Assembly: GCA_030167865.1 (NCBI GenBank) | Contig: JALAGF010005169.1 | Coordinates: 1-51,782 of the forward strand | DNA length: 51,782 nucleotides | Direction of reading: 5' to 3' | From: Craspedostauros australis | Lineage: Eukaryota | Part shown: piece after piece, positions 45,574-51,782 of the stretch | Numbering within the stretch: position 1 is the first letter of the stretch | How the letters are laid out: each line of letters begins with the position of its first letter | The notes under the pieces: model-generated | Seen by the model: the letters and a program-made list of their open reading frames with translations, nothing else | The model's database searches: none | Told to the model about the DNA's origin: nothing | Program-made: the position numbers and the translations under genes

Positions 45574-46565
45574 TCGGGCGTTGCACCACAGCCACCCAAT
45601 CTGCAGATCATCTGGTTCACTCAATGGATCAATAGAGTATTGAAAAGAGAGCAAAACATCTGGCCACTGCTGCTGAGTCAGCAGAGAGTACTACTATCAT
45701 GCAGCCAACCAGTGGAGCTCATCTACCGCTCCTCTTGCAATGGCCTTGGGCGGCGCGCACAAATATGACAATGTTGGCAAGAAAACTGGGGTGCCTCTTG
45801 TCCCTTCTCCTCGCCTCTGACAGAAACGTACACGATGAAGGATGCTGACATTGCTCTCGCAAGACTGGTGCGTGCGCTGGTGCTCGCGAGGCAATGGCGT
45901 TGGGACGATTGATGTTACATGTGCTGCTCTCTTCGCTAATTTATAGATGCTATCAAGTCATTCCATGGCAATACTCGGGCCAAGGTTCGATCTGATCTAC
46001 TCGAAAGAAGAGGTCGTGGGACAGCACATGACCATTCGCGGTTTAGACTCCAATGTGGACATGGGCAAGACGACACAGCCTCTTGTGCAGACGGCTGTAA
46101 TCCTTTTTCCTTTCAGACTTTCATGCGGTTGATACCGGTAGGCAGACACTTCGTCGCCGGTCGTCTCCGTGCACAAGATACGTCGCCTCTATGGACGTCA
46201 GGAACAGGCTCACTCCCGGATAGACATGCAAATGCAGATGCGAATGCAATGGGGAGGGGGTGAGGGGGGTTTGCGAGATGGATCACTGTTCATTTTGTTT
46301 GTGTTGGTTGGGGTTGGTTCGATTGCGTAGCGCTTCAATTGATCGGGGTGGTTGTGTTGAATGTTGATGTGTGGGCGTGAGTGTGGAGCAGGCTCTGAGC
46401 GCCGACAGACCCAAGTGGTTGGTTGGTTATCGCGCGCCTCACCGTCCTCTCAACAACTGAGGATCGGCAGTTGCAGCTGCGCGTTGGACTTGGGAGCGTG
46501 GTGCCAGATGCTGTCACTCGTCGGTATGCGCACACAGCAGTTGATGGATGGGTCATGCGTTGTGT

Positions 46566-49500
46566 TTACGAAGAAGTGCATGCAAGTGAGTTGACGGTAG
46601 GGCAGTCGGTGCCCGGGCTGCTAATTGTGTAGGTCTGAGCAGGATCGCCGGGGCACATGTCGGTGGCGACACAGTCCTTGCAACTGTCGCTGGTCATGCA
46701 GACGCCGTCCGCGATGACGAGGTCATCAACCGCAGCGTCAGCAGCTGCGGCACCGTTGCAGCTGTCAACGGACATGCAGGCGCCCACTCCAATGTTGAGG
46801 CTTCCTGCGGTCTTTCCTGGTCCGCTGTGGACGTCCTCGCACGAGCGCTGTCCCTGGCATCCCTCCTCCTGCACGATGATATCGGCAAGAACTGGTGTGG
46901 TGACCGCCATTGCCTGCTCCACGCGCACACCCATGCCCTTGCAGCTGTCCACACCGTTGCATGCGGCGCGTTCAATGCGGATGTTTCCGTAGATGTTCCT
47001 TCCCAGGTTTTCACAGCCGTTCGCGTTGGTGCAGGCTGCTGGCCCGATGATGGTGGAACCGGTGACGGCCTCGGCGTTGGGTTGCATGGAGTAGCTGCCA
47101 AGGTTAGAGCAGGAATTCGTATTGAGGCAGCTGCCGAGGATGATGGCGTCGCGGCCAAGATTCGTGCAGGACATCGTTCCGGAGCACGCGTCTGGAGTGA
47201 CGGTGATGACACCTGTGCCTCCTGATACGATGCAAGCGCTGGAGGGGCAGCACGAGGCGCCGGGCACCAAGCCACATGAGGCTTCAACAAGCGCTGCAGT
47301 TCCAGTCAAGATAATGCCACTGCCCTCGAGGGCGCCAAGGATGGCGGTGATGGCACTTGGGTCGTTCTTGATGGTGTCGAAGCGGGCCTGAGCGACTTCG
47401 TAGGTGATCGATCCGCCATCTTCGCATCCGAAGATACTCTTGACGAGTCGGTCCTTGTTATCAGGGAGAGATTCGATGGCGTTCACGAAATTGCTGCACA
47501 CACCCATGTCGTCGTCGCAGAGCACCACCGGTGCATCCGTGAACCCGCCATCCACATCACCAGGAATTGTAAGGCAGATCGACTGCAGCGTAGTCTTGTT
47601 GATGGTTGGAGCATCGGTTGGATTGATGGTGGGTCCGTCGGATGGAAGGACACTTGGGATGTTGGACGGACCAATGGACGGGAGATCGGATGGACGGTCG
47701 GTTGGAGCATCGGTCGGGTCGGCGGTTGGGCCAAGCGACGGGAGCTCGGACGGAAGGACGGACGGGACGTCGCTCATGAGCGGAGTCGGGGCGAAGGTAG
47801 GGCACTCGGTTGGGCGGTCGGCCCTGCTGACGCACGAGCCTGAGACAGCGGCACCGGTTGGGTTGCCCATGGTGTCCTTGGGGCACGCGAGGGCTGCGTT
47901 GCTGATGACGTACACCTGGTTGAACGGGGTGGGGCAATTGTCAATGACGCATCCCTTGCAGGTTTCGGTTCCGAAGCACTCGTCAGCCTCGACGACCACG
48001 TCTGTGGTCATGAGGTCACTGTTGGCCAGGTCTTCGCAGGCGCTGCTGCCAACACAGGCTCCGTCCTCGATGCTGAGGCTTCCGCCGATCTTGGATCCTC
48101 CAGTCATTGGAGTGGGTGACGGAGTAGAGGTGTGGGCGTTGTTGCAAGAGTTGACCTCGTTGCAGGCGTTCTGCCCGATGTTGATATTGGCCACGGTGCG
48201 TCCCGCCGTCGTCTGCTTTTGACGTATACCAGCATTGGTACATGCGTTCGCTCCAACACACGCTCCGTTCTGGATGATCACATCGCCGTAGGAGAACGCT
48301 CCAAGGTTCTCGCAAGAGTTAGCTGTGGTACAGGCGACTTCGCCCACGAAGGTAACTCCGGATACCACCAGGTCTGCCGGAGCGTCGTTTTCGTTCATAC
48401 CGGCGCATGCGTCCATCCCGTTGCAGGAAGATTCGAGGATGATGGCGTTTGGACCCATGCCCGCGCACGCGGTCATCCCCACGCATGCATTAAGCGCGAC
48501 GGTCATGAAGTCGGTAGGGGAAGTAGAGCTGCAGGCACCAGCCGGAGTGCAGCAAGTTGCAGCGCCGATGGCACCGCATACAGCGTCCAAGCTTGATGCC
48601 ACGGCGGTGACGAATTCGGTTCCTGTAGAGAAGGCCATCTCGAGCTGCTGCGAGAGGTATGGATTGGAAGCGAACTTGTTGAACAGGGTGCGGGATGCTC
48701 CCTCGCTCATACCGTCTCCGGCACATGCGAAGAATGTTTGAAGATCCGGGAGGCCGCGGACGGCAAGGATGGCCTCACGGCACGAGGCCTTGTCCCTGTT
48801 GCAGATGAGGGTCTTCACGTCTCCCACCAACATCGGGCTTGCGACGACATCGGGATTGCACTGAGTGATGATGGTGGCGTCGAACGCAGTTGGTGCGGAT
48901 GTCGGTGCCGAGGTTGGTGCAGAAGTTGGGGCAGATGTGGGGGCAGAGGTTGGTGCGGAGGTTGGTCCCGAAGTTGGTGCGGATGTTGGTGCTGAAGTTG
49001 GTCCCGAAGTTGGTGCCGAGGTTGGTGCGGACGTGGGTCCCGACGTTGGAGCCGAGGTTGGTGCCGAGGTTGGTGCGCTAGTTGGTGCGGATGTTGGTGC
49101 CGAAGTGGGTGCGCTGGTTGGTGCTGCGGTTGGTGCGGTTGGGGCCGAGGTTGGGGCGGATGTTGGTGCTGAAGTTGGAGCCGAGGTTGGGGCCGCTGTT
49201 GGCATGCCAGGTGTGGCGGTTGGGGCAGAAGTCGGTGCCGCCGTAGGAGCGCTGGTTGGTGCCGAAGTTGGAGCCGAAGTTGGGGCGCTGGTCGGTGCCG
49301 AAGTTGGAGCCGAAGTCGGTGCGGATGTCGGTGCCGATGTTGGTGCCGATGTTGGGGCGCTGGTCGGTGCCGAAGTTGGTGCGGATGTCGGTGCGGATGT
49401 CGGGGCGCTGGTTGGAGCCGATGTTGGAGCCGATGTTGGGGCGCTGGTCGGTGCGGCCGTTGGCATGCCAGGGGTGGCGGTCGGGGCAGACGTCGGGGCC

Positions 49501-49808
49501 GAAGTTGGGGCGCTGGTTGGAGCCGACGTTGGTGCCGAAGTTGGGGCGCTGGTCGGTGCGGCCGTTGGCATGCCAGGGGTGGCGGTCGGGTTGCTGGTTG
49601 GTGCTTCCGTGTCCTTGTTCTTCTTGCCACCCTCCTTGTCTTGCTTGTCGCCGCCGCCGTCGCCGGCCTTGAGGGTACGGGTGGCTTGCATCATGACGTG
49701 AAGCTCTTCGGTCTGGCCCACGGCTCTGCTGCCACGCAGCACGGCCTCCGTTGAGCCCACATGGGCGAGGAGGAGCGCGCCGAGGATGGCTGCCTTGATC
49801 TTGAACAT
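46566..49808 (-). CDS. Secreted mucin-like glycoprotein, 1080 aa: signal peptide, RxL site, (PTSA)n domain and two Cys-rich modules
   Basis: Signal peptide [22 protein letters not shown] (ATG 49808), then RTL and a K-rich patch, about 240 aa of PTSA/PTAA repeats, and two homologous Cys-rich modules separated by a PTD/PSD linker. No TM segment or GPI-type hydrophobic tail. Confidence 0.9.
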   Translation of the reverse strand: MFKIKAAILGALLLAHVGSTEAVLRGSRAVGQTEELHVMMQATRTLKAGDGGGDKQDKEGGKKNKDTEAPTSNPTATPGMPTAAPTSAPTSAPTSAPTSAPTSAPTSAPTATPGMPTAAPTSAPTSAPTSAPTSAPTSAPTSAPTSAPTSAPTSAPTSAPTSAPTSAPTSAPTSAPTSAPTSAPTSAPTAAPTSAPTATPGMPTAAPTSAPTSAPTSAPTSAPTAPTAAPTSAPTSAPTSAPTSAPTSAPTSAPTSGPTSAPTSAPTSGPTSAPTSAPTSGPTSAPTSAPTSAPTSAPTSAPTSAPTAFDATIITQCNPDVVASPMLVGDVKTLICNRDKASCREAILAVRGLPDLQTFFACAGDGMSEGASRTLFNKFASNPYLSQQLEMAFSTGTEFVTAVASSLDAVCGAIGAATCCTPAGACSSTSPTDFMTVALNACVGMTACAGMGPNAIILESSCNGMDACAGMNENDAPADLVVSGVTFVGEVACTTANSCENLGAFSYGDVIIQNGACVGANACTNAGIRQKQTTAGRTVANINIGQNACNEVNSCNNAHTSTPSPTPMTGGSKIGGSLSIEDGACVGSSACEDLANSDLMTTDVVVEADECFGTETCKGCVIDNCPTPFNQVYVISNAALACPKDTMGNPTGAAVSGSCVSRADRPTECPTFAPTPLMSDVPSVLPSELPSLGPTADPTDAPTDRPSDLPSIGPSNIPSVLPSDGPTINPTDAPTINKTTLQSICLTIPGDVDGGFTDAPVVLCDDDMGVCSNFVNAIESLPDNKDRLVKSIFGCEDGGSITYEVAQARFDTIKNDPSAITAILGALEGSGIILTGTAALVEASCGLVPGASCCPSSACIVSGGTGVITVTPDACSGTMSCTNLGRDAIILGSCLNTNSCSNLGSYSMQPNAEAVTGSTIIGPAACTNANGCENLGRNIYGNIRIERAACNGVDSCKGMGVRVEQAMAVTTPVLADIIVQEEGCQGQRSCEDVHSGPGKTAGSLNIGVGACMSVDSCNGAAAADAAVDDLVIADGVCMTSDSCKDCVATDMCPGDPAQTYTISSPGTDCPTVNSLACTSS
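48886..49608 (-). repeat. Coding 12-bp minisatellite encoding (PTSA)n, roughly 55-60 units
   Basis: Tandem 12-mers with synonymous variation. An identical 51-bp block occurs at 49435-49485 and 49540-49590. Confidence 0.95.
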
Positions 49809-51435
49809 CTTGGTGGTTGTTTGGTGCCTGCAGCAAGTAGGTAGCGAGGATTGGTGCATGTGGTGGTGTGGGGAGGGCGAGATTGTGTCAGAAGCGGTTG
49901 GTGGGTCAGTTGTTGTGTGTTGTCTTCGAATTTGCAGGCTTCATCATTTTCGAGATCCATGTTGGTCGTGGATGTTGTCACGAGTCATCGAGTCCCGATG
50001 GGCACAGATCGCAGATGAACACCAGCGCCACTCGATTTGCGAACGCAATGTGGTAACCACGAGGAGGAACGAGTTCCCATTCTTTCGTTGGACACAGGTC
50101 GGCAGGGGAGAGGCATCGACAGCTTCCTTCGCAACGAGGTGCTGTTGCGATAGTCGTGGCAATGAGCGCACCAGCAGACGAGGAGGGAGGCATCGCGCAC
50201 AAGACGGAAAGGCGTCTTGTTGGCCGGTGGTCCGATTGTGCCATAACAGTCATGACCATTCATCACACTGCGTCGTCCAGTGCATATCGCCGCGTCATGA
50301 TGAAACGGCACCGTGCGCGGTGCTCTGTTTGGGTCTGTTTGCGTTGCACTCACCTCTCAGTAGCTGCTGCTGCTGCTGCTGCTGTTGTTGGATGGGGCTG
50401 CTGATGGTCTGGCAGCTTGTGATCACTGTTTGCAGCGCTTGGTTGATCGCTCTGCTTTTGGGATCCTTTCGGTTTTATGAGAACATCTGACTCTGTTGCG
50501 AAACTCGTTTTCTCGGGTTGCAGAAGCGGCTTCGGCCGAAACGAGCTGTTTTCATCACACACACTGTTGTTCGTGTTGTTGGTCTTATTGGTGTTCAACT
50601 GGGGACGAGTCGCGCCAATAATTCAAACCGAAATTTGTTGTCGCCAGCCAGCGCCAAAATCCAATGGCAGAGCCAGCCATCCACAATAATGTGAGTAAAT
50701 CAAAAATTTGAGAGTCTGTGTCAGTTGGAGAAACAGAAATTGTGTGGTTCTCCTGTTGTGGTGGAGAAGGCAGACGCAACTGCGCCAGACTGACGTCGGC
50801 CAGACTATGACGCTGTGCCCAAGACCGAAGATGACGACTTCGTCGTGGTGGTTTCATCACGTGGACACAGTACAGAAGGGACATGGTGATGTACGATTAG
50901 TACCTCAAAGAGCCAGCTGAAACCAAACAAATTGGCGGCGTTTGGTGATGTTTGGATCACAAAAACTGCTGTGTAGATCGTAATACACTTCCTACGTAAG
51001 TCCCGAACAAAAACAGGCAATAACAGCATCAACCGTAGTCAAAATCTCTGGACTTAGCTAGTGTGTGTGTTACTGTACTCGTCTTGCCACTGTAGCATCA
51101 TATGGATTTTATATATACCATCCTGAAGTTTGGTGGCTGTTACTCTCTTGCTCGGTGAGCACTGATGCCATCCATCAAGCACCCCATCATTCACGGACGT
51201 TTTGGCTTCTGGTTGGCCTGTTTTCCTGTCCCGGCTGTTCCAAACAACTGATCCAACCATCGATGACGTCATGATGACGCAAGCATTGGAACCTGAATTC
51301 TCCAAACTTGCCGCCGAAATTGGGGATCCGAGTGGTCAAATATCGTTCCGACCTCCATGGGAGAACTAAACGCAAGCATATCTCCATACCATCGCACTCA
51401 AACACAATATATACCATATCCATAATGAGGGTTTT

Positions 51436-51539
51436 CATGTCTGTGGAGACAAACTCTACGTAGCTTGTCTCCACAGGCAAATTGAAGTCTCAATTTGCCT
51501 CCACAGACAAATTGACCCCCATTTGCCTGTGGAGACAAA
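51436..51539. repeat. Array of four 18-bp palindromic units, consensus TTTGYCT-(GTGG/CCAC)-AGRCAAA
   Basis: Units at 51436, 51464, 51494 and 51522. Includes a perfect 18-bp inverted repeat, 51465-51482 versus 51521-51538. Confidence 0.85.
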
Positions 51540-51782
51540 CGGAAGGTCGCCGAAAATGGCAACGTACTACTTAAGTCCCACATTCCTCCACGATGTCCCG
51601 TGTTGCAAAAAAAAAACACCCATTTCGGTCCGAAACCCGAAAGTGGGTTGTTTTTTTTTCTGACTCCTTCGAGTAACTCATTTATTTGGCGATAAAATAA
51701 AAAAAAACGTCGCGATGCAGCACGGCGTCATTGGTCATGTCTCAGGGGTTCCTTTCCGTGCGCCTGTCTTGCTTTTCTGACG

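Noticed and set aside
51436..51539. CRISPR-like interpretation of the repeat-spacer array
   Set aside because: Units are only 18 bp, spacers are 10-12 bp, orientations alternate, there are no cas genes and the context is eukaryotic.
1..51782. tRNA, rRNA, snRNA, telomeric arrays, or transposase/reverse-transcriptase genes
   Set aside because: I saw no cloverleaf or T-loop context, rRNA or snRNA signature, TTAGGG array, or DDE/RT motif by eye. A covariance-model and repeat-library search would be needed to exclude them fully.

Overview
Eukaryotic nuclear DNA, most likely from a pennate diatom. This is inferred from short GT-AG introns, CA-rich UTRs and diatom-type LRR, RxL and PTS proteins. 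I can build about 13 intact genes, several only by splicing the supplied ORFs: a minimal LRR membrane protein, kinesin-14, SHQ1, an Exo84-like exocyst subunit with an N-terminal PH domain, a 125-aa membrane protein with a DxxLL tail, anamorsin/Dre2, an 840-aa unknown protein, a CDC48-clade double AAA+ ATPase, MMS19, a kinase-less KA1-like protein, class I HDAC (RPD3/HDAC1), an S1-domain protein, and a 1080-aa secreted mucin-like protein with a duplicated Cys-rich solenoid module. There is also a disrupted coiled-coil/BTB pseudogene and some possible gene relics. The most distinctive non-coding signal is a regularly spaced array of four 18-bp palindromic units at 51436-51539, followed by an A/T-armed hairpin. 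I found no tRNA, rRNA, CRISPR array or intact transposase. All family calls come from motif recognition by eye, not from database searches.
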